From Eledone cirrhosa (taxonomy: Eukaryota): a stretch of 64,000 nucleotides of DNA. The notes below the pieces were generated by a model, which was not told the DNA's origin, ran no database searches, and worked only from the letters and a program-made list of their open reading frames with translations. Position 1 is the stretch's first letter, and each line of letters starts with the position of its first letter. The translations under genes were made by a program, and so were the position numbers. The DNA is taken from contig OZ024742.1 in assembly GCA_964016885.1 (NCBI GenBank), positions 93,868,001-93,932,000 of the forward strand, in the 5' to 3' direction. Of the stretch, positions 46,552-57,964 are shown piece by piece.

Positions 46552-47389
46552 ATATATATATATATATATATATATTAAAGTAACAGATTAAAGTTTAAGC
46601 AAAGAATCTCGGCTTTCACCCTTAACGGGATCTTCTGAAACTAAAAATATCAATCTGTGAACGTAGAAGTACATATTTCGAAAAACGTTACACACTATAT
46701 ATAAATATACACACACTATATATACATATATATACACACACACAGCGTCATAATGTCGTAATGCTGACATCCAGACATACTGACAGATATTATAAGGGCG
46801 CAACGTTATATCTATGTATCTACCTAAAAAGAAAGACTAAGAATTATAGAGAGAGATCACTAAATCGACTAATGCCGTCCGTAGGGCATTGACAGTTTGA
46901 AATATTATTTGACCAAAATACTCACAGGACCATAAGCATTACATGTGTAAAGTTTGAAAACAATCGGTTGGGTGGTTCTCGAGTTTTAGTGAGCTGACAG
47001 ACAGACAGACATTCTCTGTTTTAGATATATAGATAAAAAAAAAGAGTTTTATTAATTAAAGAGAATGTCGCATCCATTTAAAGAATCTGTTGAGATATGT
47101 ATACAGCTAATATGTACCATAAGGAAAAATTATACTAATTACCTTAGTTAAAATAAATCAGATAATTAGGAAATAAAAGACTAGGTTTTCATGAATTGGT
47201 ATATCTTTTTAGAACTACAAAATATAAGCTATCCATTGGGAGTTCAGTTGAAACCTGATTAGTATGTGTTGTTAATTAAGGAAGTAATGTCATGTTGGAA
47301 TAGATGAGACACGAAAGAGTATCATAGAAAAGCTAGAGACAACTCACCAACTCCCTCAAGTAGAGGAACCCTACCAACTAGGTTGTCAT

Positions 47390-47612
47390 CATTATCATCA
47401 TCATCCTCATTTAAAGTCCATTTTCCATGCTAGCATGTGTTAGACGGGTCTTCCCATTTGAGGCAAGTTAAGTCAGGTGACCATGTCTTACTCATATAGG
47501 ACTGTTTCTGGCTAGGTTTCGATGGCTGGATGACCTTCCCAACGCCAACCACATTTACAGTGTGGGCTGGGTGTTTTTTTATCATGACACCTACACAATC
47601 ACTTTATAGTGG
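47390..47612 (-). mobile_element. SINE/RTE tail copy
   Basis: (CAT)n then ttccatgctagcatg...ggctggatg-ccttcc-aacgccaaccacatttacagtg. Confidence 0.75.
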
Positions 47613-47726
47613 GGAATGGGTGACTGAATACGCACGTGTGTTTTTCCCCCTCTTTTTTTCTTACCCCCCCCGTTCCTTGCTCTTCTCCCTTTTTATCTTT
47701 TTATTTGTCTTCTATTTCTAACTCTA

Positions 47727-47761
47727 TCTTCTGATGAACGGCTAGTGTCCAAAAGTTAAGA
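47727..47761 (+). ncRNA. Degenerate minimal hammerhead upstream of a PLE relic
   Basis: tctt-CTGATGA-acggctagtgtcc-AAAAg-TT-aaga; GAAA core mutated. Confidence 0.4.
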
Positions 47762-47864
47762 CTATTTTCCTGTTATTTCAAGAATAAAACTAATATATAT
47801 CTTCAATGTACTGTGTTATTTGCTTTGTTATTTCTGTTTAACTTTCACACACACAGAACCACAT

Positions 47865-48812
47865 CCTAGGATTAAAAATTACGATAGCCACAAATCTCAC
47901 TAATGTAACTTCCTAGATGTTAATATATATCTACAGGCAATCACGTATAGTCCATTCCACAAACCCAGTGAGAAACTTTGGTACATCCATAAGGACTCTA
48001 GCCAACCCCTATAGTTTTTAAAAACCTCATTAACAATATTAATAAGAGGGTTTCCAACGTCTCCTCCAGCAAAGCCATCTTTGATAGGGCGGCACCCTAC
48101 TATAATTTAGCGCTGAAGAACAGCGGCTTCTCTGAAAGTATCACGTACCTACATCTAATAAGAAAAAATGTAGACATATAGATGTCATATGGTTCGCACC
48201 ACCTTTCTCACTTAATGTGAAAACAAATGTAGGCAAACATGTTTTAGACCTCATAGATCTTCATTTCCCTGTTGACCATAAAAACCGAAAGATATTTAAT
48301 TGCCATATAGTAAATATAGGATACTCTTGCACCAACAATGTAAAAACCTATACCACCGGCAAACAATAGCCCTCCACCATGTAGAAGACCTGAAACATGT
48401 TCACTAGACCAACAGTGCAGCACTCCAGCAGTGACATACCAAGCAATGGTTACCTCCACCAAGCAGAACCAACAAACTGAAGTCTGGACCTCTGTTGGTA
48501 TATCCGAGAGCTGGTTTAAAAACCGATTCCTGGATCATGAAACAACATTCAGATATCCCGATAAAAAACATACCACCTAGCTTGCAAACCTTGTATGGGG
48601 CCTTAAGAACATTGGCACACACTTTTCCATCAAATGGCATATTTTGGAAAGTAAACGGGTTGAAATTTTGTCGGCTTTGTAATTCCGAAAAATGGTGGAT
48701 ACTCTCACAATTAGCTTCGGATAAGCAATACCTCAACACACGGCTCGATTGCTTTAGCAGTTGTCCCCACGCGAAGAAAGATATCTTGGATAAATGGCTT
48801 AGGCCTGACTAA
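47865..48812 (+). pseudogene. Degraded PLE RT thumb and GIY-YIG, related to the 43356-45412 protein
   Basis: Manual translation FLDV, YSPFHKP, NNINKRVSNVSSSKAIFDRAAPYYNLALKNSGF, CRLCNSEK align by eye with the intact ORF; many frameshifts. Confidence 0.8.
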
Positions 48813-49205
48813 CATGTCCAGAACTATCTCTTGATTTACTGACAATACTGTAATTCAGTGAAACTGGATCTTTGGAGTTAACTAGAAGAAATTATTGTGC
48901 TTCTATTTTCATTCAAAATTGACTGTGGTCATCTTACCCTATTTTTTTTTAAATAACCCATTTTTCTATACTTTTTTTCTAAATTACCTGCCCCTACGTG
49001 AACTCTTTTGTTATAAAGGAAAGCACAATCAACCCTAGTCGGACATCTTTGTTTTTATTTTTCTCATGAAAGCTGAATGAACTGGGGCCCAGAACCCAAC
49101 GAAACTTGATACCTGTTTATGTCACTGTTGTAATTATTTATACTAAATTCGCCCTATGGACTGAGTGCTCTTACTCTTGGATATTTCCACTGAACTTTTA
49201 CTTCA

Positions 49206-49246
<41 letters not shown>

Positions 49247-49249
<3 letters not shown>

Positions 49250-50137
49250 GGTGTGGACGATATTTGTTCGCAATTTTCAACTGCTAATTTTATGCAAATT
49301 TTTTTTACTTCCATTGTCACTCTTGTCTTCATAAAAACAGTGACTATATTTCCATTATTTATTTTCAGAATAATTTATTATGAATAAATTTGAACCTCCA
49401 AATTTGTGGAAGAGACACGGAGTTCTTCTTGGAATCCGCGCCGGGAGGACAAATAAGGCTCAGAAGATCAGCTCCCAGAACAACAGATGGCTCGCTGTCT
49501 CATCCAAAGACGTGCCCAGAGTCATGCAGACAAAGTTTCCAGAAATAACATTGGTCTTAGGTGTCGTCAGCAGTCAAGGTGACTTCATGCCACCTCACGT
49601 CTTCCCTGAGGGCCTCAAGCTGAACACCGATGGCTACATCCGCGTTCTGAGCGAGGTAGTAAAGTCCTGGATCGACCTGGTAGCTGCAGGTAGGCCGTAC
49701 GCGTGGCAGCAAGACTCAGCGCCCTGCCATACCAGCCGAAAGACCCAAGCCTGGCAGTCAAGAACTTCGTCGGCCACACTTCACCTGACATCTGGCCCCT
49801 CAGCTCACCTGACTGCAACCCTCTCGACTTCTTTGTGTGGGGCGCAGTAGAACGAGACACCACCAGATCTAGCTGCAATACGAAAGACGATCTGAAGGCC
49901 AGGATCACAAGTGCCTTTAGGGGCATAAGTCGGGGGACAGTGACGAAGGCCTGTAGCCGGTTCCGAGGCCGCCATGAGGCCGTCATCAAAGCCAATGGCG
50001 GGTTTATCGAGTGAGATCGAAAGAACAAGTCATGAAGACAAACTAACACAAAGTGATAAATATATCTTCAAAAATAAAACTACTGCGTTACTTTTTCCTA
50101 GACAGTAATCTTGCAAACAAATATCGTCCGCACCCTG
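49247..50137 (+). mobile_element. Internally deleted Tc1/mariner transposon, DD37D (maT) type
   Basis: TIRs CAGGGTG(T/C)GGACGATATTTGTT with TA on both sides; WQQDSAPCH and SSPDCNPLDF motifs give 37 aa between the aspartates after repairing one 1-nt deletion. Confidence 0.88.
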
Positions 50138-50368
50138 TATACACACACATACACCCCCCCCCCACACACACGCACACACACATATATATATATATAGAGA
50201 GAGAGATAGATAAATATACACGGGTGTGTATGATTGTGTATAGAAGATTATATTAATAAGAGGAATTCCAACTTTGTCTGATTTACTCGTTTTATTTACA
50301 ATCCTTTAACATTTATAATGGTATTATAATGAAATAGTATGATAGAATATTAAATGTTAAGTGTTAAT

Positions 50369-50407
50369 TGAACAAGTACTTTCATGCTTTCGCAATCTTC
50401 AGGTTCA
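50369..50407 (-). ncRNA. Minimal type I hammerhead ribozyme, apparently intact
   Basis: tgaac-CTGAAGA-ttgcgaaagcat-GAAA-gtac-TT-gttca; predicted cleavage between 50374 and 50373. Confidence 0.85.
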
Positions 50408-50713
50408 TAATGTGTGGTGACAGTCAAGTTTGCAATTTTCAACTGTAATGAAATGGGTACATTTTCTACCTTATATACAGAAAAGTGGCTCCAGAATGCT
50501 AAATCTTGCAAACTGTATTTCGACCAATCGGTGTGTAGTTTCACTGAATTACTAAAGCTGATTGGTTTAGGCGTCACGGTTGGTTGAGCATGTCTAACGA
50601 CCACTAATTGATCCTATCCAAAGCATCAATTGTTTTGCTATTTTTAGAAATGATGAAAATAGCATTTTCTCGTAATCATCACCATCAACATCACTTTTAT
50701 TATTATTATTATT

Positions 50714-50749
<36 letters not shown>

Positions 50750-50811
50750 AGTGGTCGTAGTCGACATGGTCGTAGTCATAGTCATAGTAGAAGTAATACC
50801 CCTAAGCATTA

Positions 50812-53139
50812 TTATTGTTCATTTAGCTTGGCTTTGAATTTATCAATAACATTCTTTTCTTTGATTTTTCTCTTGATTTCACTTGGGCTGTATAATTTGT
50901 AGAATGGGAATATTATAAATATTCCCTGACCACATGTTGCTAGATGGTTACTTAGGGGTATCTGACGGACATTTGGGTCTCTGATTTGCTGATGGTGTAC
51001 CCGTGCACGTTCCGATAGTGCATTTCCAGTTTGACCGACATATAGTTCTTCACAATTCGGGCATTTAATGCAGTAAATTAGATTTCTGCTTTTGCAGTTC
51101 ATATTTGCATTTGGGAATATTTTTCCAGTTTTTGTTTTCATATATTGACCGGCGTGTATGGATTGACATGTGCCGCATCGACTATCATTGCATTTAGATA
51201 CAGTGAATGATTGGTGTTTGTTGTTAAGGTCAAACTTTGCTTTTGTTAGTAATTGCTTCAAATTTTTTGGCTGTCTTTTACTAAGAGTCAAAGATCGATC
51301 TGTGATTAAGCCTTTTAATTCATTACTTTGACCAATGATCGGTAGGTTTGCTTTGGCAGTGTTGAAGATATTCTGGTGACATGGGTTGTGTGTCATTATA
51401 AATGGTATGACCAGTTCTTGGTTTCTTCTTCCTTGGGTTATCCTAAGTTGTTGTATAGGTATTTTTATAGCCCGCTGTATGCCATTTTCTATAAGTAGAG
51501 ATGGGTATTTTTGTTTTAGCAAAAATTCTCTTAGTTCTGTTAGGCGTTTGTACCTGGTATTCGTATCTTCTACAATGGTACAAATTCTTCTGGCTAGGCA
51601 GTATGGGATGTTGCGTTTTGTATGAGGTGGATGGCAGGACTTAAAATTCAGATATTGATGGGTGTCTGTGTGTTTATAATATATATCTGTGGTAATGGTG
51701 GTGTCGTTTTTGATTATCATTATATCTAGGAATGGTAATTTGGTCCTACTCATCTCTTTTGTGAATTGAAGAGATGGGTGTAGGTTATTCAGGAGGATAT
51801 TGAACTCATCCAGAGTATCTAGAGATTCTGTCCAGATGATGAAACAGTCGTCAAGGTATCTCTTCCAAGATTTTTCAATGTACTTTCTAATGTCAGTACT
51901 ATATGTTTCCTCTATTTCTTGGTAGAGTTGTTGTTCTAAGTATCCCATTACAGAGTTCGCGTAAACGGGAGCAAACTTCGTTCCCATCGCTGTGCCTCTA
52001 ATTTGGATGTAATTCTTTCCATTGAAGAAGAAAGTGTTGTTTTCCAGAATAAGTTTAACTGCGTCTAATATAAATGGCGCTGTGAATCTGATGGGAATCA
52101 CTTCTCTATGTTTCTCCACCCAGTATTTAACCGCCTTTATTCCTAAATCATGTGTAATGTTGGTGTAAAGGCTTACCACATCAAAACTAAGTAGAAGTGA
52201 ATTCGTTTCCGTGGTTTTGGGAAGATGGGACAGGAAGTCGATATCATCCCGGATGAAACTGGGTATGTGAATACATAGTGGTTTCAAAATAATGTCAACA
52301 AAATTGCTTAGACGGTGGGTGGGGCATGTTGGACCAGCTATAATAGGTCTAAGTTTTAAGTCTTTTGGGTGTAGTAATTTAATTTACTCACTGTTTTGTT
52401 CTCTTACTGCCAGTTGTATTTCTTTTAACTTATGAACTTTCGGTAGGCCATACAGGTTGCTGGGTTTTGGCTTAAAATTGGTGATGTAGTCTCTTTCCTT
52501 ATCAGTAAGTGAGTTGTGGTATTTTTAAGCCAGGTTGTTGATCTTCTTCATGATGTTGTGGTCTATATTTGACGGTATTTCATGATAGAATGTTGTGTCT
52601 TTCAGTTGTTCCTCAACCAAATCCTTGTAGTATTCAGTATCCATTATAACAACTGCACCCCCATTATCTGCTTGTTTAATTATTATTGTTTTATCATTTT
52701 GTATACGTTTAAGTGCAGACATTTCTGATTTGTTAATGTTTGGCCTAACATTAGTATTACGTCTAAGAGGAAATTTAGACAGGATGTCAATGTATTGGTC
52801 GAGATAGATATTTCTTCCTTTTGGCGGAGTGAAATTTGATTTATTCTTTACTAGTGATTCATCACTCTCATTACTTTTATCAGCGAAGAATTCTACAAGA
52901 CGTAATTTTCGACAGAATTCTTGGGTATCCTCCGTCAGTTCTTGGTGGTTGAGGGCTGGAGTCGGTGTGAATTTCGGTCCTTTTGACAGAATTTGCATTT
53001 CATCATTGTCAAGATCTCTTTTGGATAAATTAAATATTTTAGGATCTACGTGTACAGTTGTTTTGGGTATGTCTCCTCCTGGAGTTTTTCTTTTTCCGGT
53101 TTTTGTTGTCCTGACGTTAAAAAATGGATTTTTCTCTGT
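50812..53139 (-). pseudogene. PLE ORF2: RT - GIY-YIG, single frame with two premature TAA stops (52525, 52384)
   Basis: IFNLS..LSKGPKFTP, IKQADNGG, YGLPKVHK, LRPII, FDVVSLYTNI, GTAMG, YLDD, CxxxRCxxC, NLIYCIKC...YVGQT. Confidence 0.92.
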
Positions 53140-54314
53140 TCAGGATTTATATTCCTGTTGGTGTTCGCTTGATGAACTTTTGGTCGTGATATTATATTTG
53201 GTTTCATTATGTATTTTGTCCTATTTTTGGTATTATGTATATTATTTTTCCATTTCTTGTTAGCATTATTTTTAACAATCTAGGGAAATGCCCTAGGTTT
53301 GCTTTCAGATTTAGATCGTTTTTTCGCCCAGTTTCTTGTGGGTAATCTCTGTTGAGATCTTGAGAGTGATCTGGTTATACTACGTTTTATTTCCACATTC
53401 CTTGTTGGTAGTCTCTGTTGAGATCTTGAGAATGATCTCCTGGTTTTACTACTTCTCATGGTCTGGTCAAAGGAATATCTATCGTGTTTGTGCTTTTTGT
53501 TCATGTTGTGTGCGATAGGGTGTTTTTGTAGAAAAAGCGAAGAGTTATTACCGTAGTTCTTCTTTGATTCAAGGTAAGGTGAGTGTTTGTGTTGGCACGT
53601 GTTCTGGCGTATGTTGTGTTGGTGAGATTGTCCACTTTTAATGCTTTTTCTCAGGGTTCCAGAGTCTTTACCGTAATTTGCAGCATATTCGTCGAGAAAT
53701 AATTGTTTCTGCTGCCATACCTTTCTTGATTTGTTTTCTTCTTTTGAGATATCTCTGATCCATCGTTCTCGTAGTTTTTCAGCTATAATACCAGTCGTTA
53801 GCTTTGAAATTTCAACTTCAATTTGGTCATCGATAGCTTCATATTTGGCTTTGTAGCGGGATTGTTTACATTGAGAAATGGAGATGTCGGTCCTGAATTT
53901 TGTCAATGTAAGTTCCCATCGGAGTTTTGTTTCTTCTTCTGGTTCTCCTGCAATTTCTGTAATTAGGTATGTACTAGGGAGTATGGGTGCCGTTAGAGAG
54001 AGGCATTTCAAATGTGTTTCGACATATTTTTCGCATTTGTATGCTTTCCAGAAGTTTTGTTTTCTTATGTTAAGAAATTTTTTCCATGTCTTCCACATTT
54101 CTTTTTATATTCGATGTGTTTTGTTTTCCAAATTTCTTTCGTTTAGTTCTGACATCCAAGGGGGTTGTGGTAGGCTTTCTCTTGTATCTTTGATAACTGT
54201 TGGTATAATTTCAGCTAAATTCTTAATTTCAGAGTTTATATGTTCAGTTATAAGTTTTCCGTCTGTAGATTGCTTTTCTATTTCCTTTAAGATAGAGGAT
54301 TGTGTGTCAATCAT
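53046..54314 (-). pseudogene. PLE upstream ORF1 (helical N-part, basic S/R-rich C-part), 5'-truncated, two premature stops
   Basis: Track ORFs 54105-54314 and 53280-54098 share a frame that stays open to TAG at 53046; duplicated RS(F/L)SRSQQRLPTRN. Confidence 0.7.
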
Positions 54315-54441
54315 CGTGATTATTGTTCAATTAACACTTAACATTTAATATTCTATCATACTATTTCATTATAATACCATTATAAATTTTAAAGGATTGT
54401 AAATAAAACGAGTAAATCAGACAAAGTTGGAATTCCTCTTA

Positions 54442-54473
<32 letters not shown>

Positions 54474-54477
<4 letters not shown>

Positions 54478-54633
54478 GTTGGTGTTAGGAAGGGCATCCA
54501 GCTGTAGAAATCAAGCCCAAATCAGTTCCCATATGAGCAAGACAAGGTCACCTGACCTGGCACTGCCCACAACAGGACAACCCGTCCAACCCATGCTAGC
54601 GTAGAAGAATGAACGTAAAACGGTAATGATGAT
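54474..54633 (+). mobile_element. RTE tail / SINE copy
   Basis: Same family as 3683-3850. Confidence 0.8.
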
Positions 54634-54691
54634 ATACATATATATATACACACACATATTTATTTATATATATGTATATATATATATATAT

Positions 54692-54925
54692 ATTGTTATA
54701 TTTGGGGAGGGTCATATTGTTATAATATTGCCAGAAATAATAATAAATTTTCGCTTCCGTATATTTTATATTCCTATAGTTAATTTACCTCGCATTCAAT
54801 GTTTATCATTGATTGACCAGCAGTTAAAAATATAGATATAAATATATATATTGTCTATCAAAGTTCTTTCATCACACACCTGTGACATCATCAGTGGTAC
54901 TATTATGTTTCCTACCCTTGTATTG
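54692..54925 (-). mobile_element. Short hammerhead-bearing repeat (motif at 54856-54899)
   Basis: Homologous in reverse orientation to 62505-62765; tacca-CTGATGA-tgtcacaggtgtgtgat-GAAA-gaac-TT-tgata. Confidence 0.65.
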
Positions 54926-55032
54926 TAATGACTATGTCATTTTTATTTTTATATATTTATTTATTTATTCTTGTCTCTGTTTGTGCATGCATTTGTGTGT
55001 GTATTTTCTGTTTGGTGTGTATATAATTCAGG

Positions 55033-55383
55033 TATATTGCAATAATCTGGTTTACCAACACAAAATATGACAGATTTTACACATTTCTAACACATGTGTA
55101 ACAAATATACTAAAACATAAAAAACAAACAAATACTATATATAAATATATGAGCGTGTATTTTTCTAATTATATCATAGGTATCTATCAATGCAGATACT
55201 ACTTCCATTAAATGCAAGTAGTATTTGCATTGATAGATATAATTAGAAATATTTACATATATATATTCATTTATTTATTTATGTTTTAGTATACAAACTC
55301 AATGTACTCCATACACATGTGTGTTAGGAATGCATAAAATCTGTCATATTTTGTGTTGGTAAAGCAGATTATTTCAATATATC
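55033..55383. repeat. Diverged ~350-bp palindrome (MITE-like fold-back)
   Basis: aataatctggtttaccaacacaaaatatgacagatttta pairs with taaaatctgtcatattttgtgttggtaaagcagattatt; centre near 55210. Confidence 0.75.
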
Positions 55384-55463
55384 CAAAGTTGTCATGTTCC
55401 TCTTCCTCATCATAAGATTAACATGTGTTGGCTGAAGGTGGAGGGGTTTTATGCTTACATGAA

Positions 55464-55500
<37 letters not shown>

Positions 55501-55506
<6 letters not shown>

Positions 55507-57389
55507 ACGGGGTCATACCAAATGACTGGCGTAGCAGCATCATCATTAACTGCTGCAAGGGTAAAGAAGATGCACTAGATAGAGGAAACTATAGAGGCAT
55601 TAAATTACTTGACCAGGTCATGAAGGTCACAGAAAAAGTTATAGCGCAACTAATCAGGGAGCAAATTGATCTAGACGAAATGCAGTTTGGGTTTGTGTCA
55701 GGTAAAAGTACCACAGACGCCCTTTTCCTTCTACGACAACTACAGGAGAGGTACCTGGCTAAAAGTAAACCCCTATACTTAGCTTTTGTTGACTTGGAGA
55801 AAGCATTTGACAGAGTTCCCCGTGCCATTATCTGGGGAGCCCTTAGAAAACTAGGGTTTGAAGAATGGCTTGTGAGAGCTATACAAGCCATGTATAAAGA
55901 AAGAGTCAGAATTAACAACGAATATAGTGAAGAATTTAACGTAAAAGTTGGTGTTCATCAGGGCTCTGTCCTTAGCCCCCTCCTATTTATTATTGCCCTT
56001 CAGGCTATAACAGAGGAGTTCAAGACCGGCTGCCCATGGGAACTTCTCTATGCATATGATCTAACGCTCATAGCTGAATTGATGGCTGAACTAGAGAAGA
56101 AATTCCAAACATGGAAGCATGGCCTAAAATAAAAAAGGCCTTAAAGTTAACTTGTCTAAGACTAAAGTTCTAGTATGTAGAAAGGAAAATAAGGCACTGT
56201 TCTCCCCTGGGAAATGGCCATGCTCAGTGTGTAGGAAAGGAGTAGGCAGACATTCCATTTTATGTCCCAAATGCAAAGTATGGGTACATAAAAGATGTAG
56301 TGGGTCACAGGTAAGCTATCTAAGAACGTAGATTTTATTTGTGGCCAATGCTCAGGTGCAATAAGTAGCAAGCACCCATAGGACACTAGCTCCTTCTATT
56401 GCCCAGATGACTCTATAGAAATAGTGGACACCTTCCATTACCTGGGTGACAAAATCAGCAGTGGTGGAGGGTGCTCAGAAAGTACAGTAGCCAGAGTCAA
56501 AACGGGATGGAAAAAGTTCAGAGAGCTTATACCACTATTGGCCGCTAAAGGTTTCTCTCTAAAAATGAAAGGCAGACTGTATGATTCCTGCATACGAACA
56601 GCTATGTTACATGGCAGTGAGACATGGGCATTGTGTGCAGAGGATCTGCGCAGACTGGAGAGGGACAAAGCACACATTCTCCGCTGGATGTGTAATACAT
56701 GAACAGCAAAGCATAAATGAACTAAGTGAGAAATTAGGTATAAGAGGGATCAAATGCTGTTTACTCGAGAGAAGACTACATTGGTATGGTCACGTGATGC
56801 GCATGAAAGATGACAGCTGTATAAAAAAGTGCAGGCGATCAAAATTGACGGAAGTTACGGAGTAGGTAGATCCAGAAAAACCTGGGGCGCTTTGATAAAT
56901 TCCGACCTTAAACACTTACACCTTTCTAAGACAATGTCACTGGACGGAGATCTTTGGCGCTACACAGTAATACAGAAAACCCGCCTTGCCTAAGTACAAA
57001 GCGAAACCTACAGTCAGTAGGCACCTTTTAATCAAATATACACCCCCCTTCCACTACTCCCAACTACCCCCCCCCCCATCAACACCACCCCTTTCTCTGT
57101 AAAGTTATGTTGGTACCACAACATCCAGTCCTAAATAAATGAGGTCGTGTAGGTGTCACAACAAAAAAAACACTCAGTCCACGCTGTAATGTGGCCGTGT
57201 AGGTAACACGGTAAAAACCTCCCAGTCCACTCTGTAAACGTGGTTGGTGTTAGGAAGGGCATCCAGCCGTAGAAAACCCGCCAGACAGTCCTATACGAGC
57301 GAGACGACCAATCTTGCCTCAAGTGGGACAACTCCTGTCTAAACCCATACTAGTGTTGAAGATAGATGTTAAATGATGATGATGATGAT
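55501..57389 (+). mobile_element. 5'-truncated, frameshifted RTE LINE
   Basis: RT and 3' UTR highly similar to 38120-40028; YADD mutated to YAYD; (GAT)n tail. Confidence 0.95.
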
Positions 57390-57476
57390 ATATAGTAATA
57401 ATAATAAATTTGAAGACTAAAATCCAAAGGGTGAAAGCAACGATTCTTTGCTTAAACTTTAATCTGTTATTTAAAA

Positions 57477-57575
<99 letters not shown>

Positions 57576-57629
57576 ATATATATATACCTGTCTCTTTGTA
57601 TGCATGTATATATATATATAGTGATGTAT

Positions 57630-57785
57630 ATATATCATCATCACTTATCATTCATTTTTTACGAACACACACACAAACACCCTCACACACATATGTATAT
57701 AGATATATATACATACATATGTGTGTGAGTGTGTTTGTGTGTGTGTTCGTAAAAATGTGAATGATAAGTGATGATGATATATATA
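57630..57785. repeat. Near-perfect palindrome inside a microsatellite tract
   Basis: atcatcatcacttatcattca...acgaacacacacacaaacac mirrored by gtgtttgtgtgtgtgttcgt...tgaatgataagtgatgatgat; centre near 57704. Confidence 0.8.
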
Positions 57786-57829
57786 TATATATATACATGC
57801 ATGTATATATATATATATATGCATGTATA

Positions 57830-57862
<33 letters not shown>

Positions 57863-57906
57863 GTGTGTGTGTGTATATGTATATATATATATTGTATATG
57901 TATGTG

Positions 57907-57964
<58 letters not shown>

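Larger units (their letters stand above)
41810..47033 (-). mobile_element. Non-autonomous Helitron-like copy 2 carrying nested PLE insertions
   Basis: Minus A|TC start at 47033; 46870-47033 homologous to 41643-41809; GC-rich imperfect hairpin 41822-41836 then CTAG at 41810-41813. Confidence 0.6.
50253..54446 (-). mobile_element. Penelope-like element (tentatively Neptune-like) with ~125-bp inverted termini
   Basis: 50253-50375 is the reverse complement of 54323-54446; RT-EN coding region between; TA-rich flanks. Confidence 0.92.

Noticed and set aside
46575-46650. Hammerhead-like CAGAAGA...GAAA on the minus strand (related sequence at about 57405-57475)
   Set aside because: Core mutated in both copies and no stem I pairing found; only the shared repeat is supportable
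49070-49112. CTGAATGA...GAAAC downstream of the PLE relic
   Set aside because: Core has an insertion and stem I cannot be formed convincingly
52384-54107. Selenocysteine or readthrough recoding of in-frame stops in the PLE
   Set aside because: The stops are TAA, TAG, TAA, TAA rather than TGA; ordinary decay is simpler
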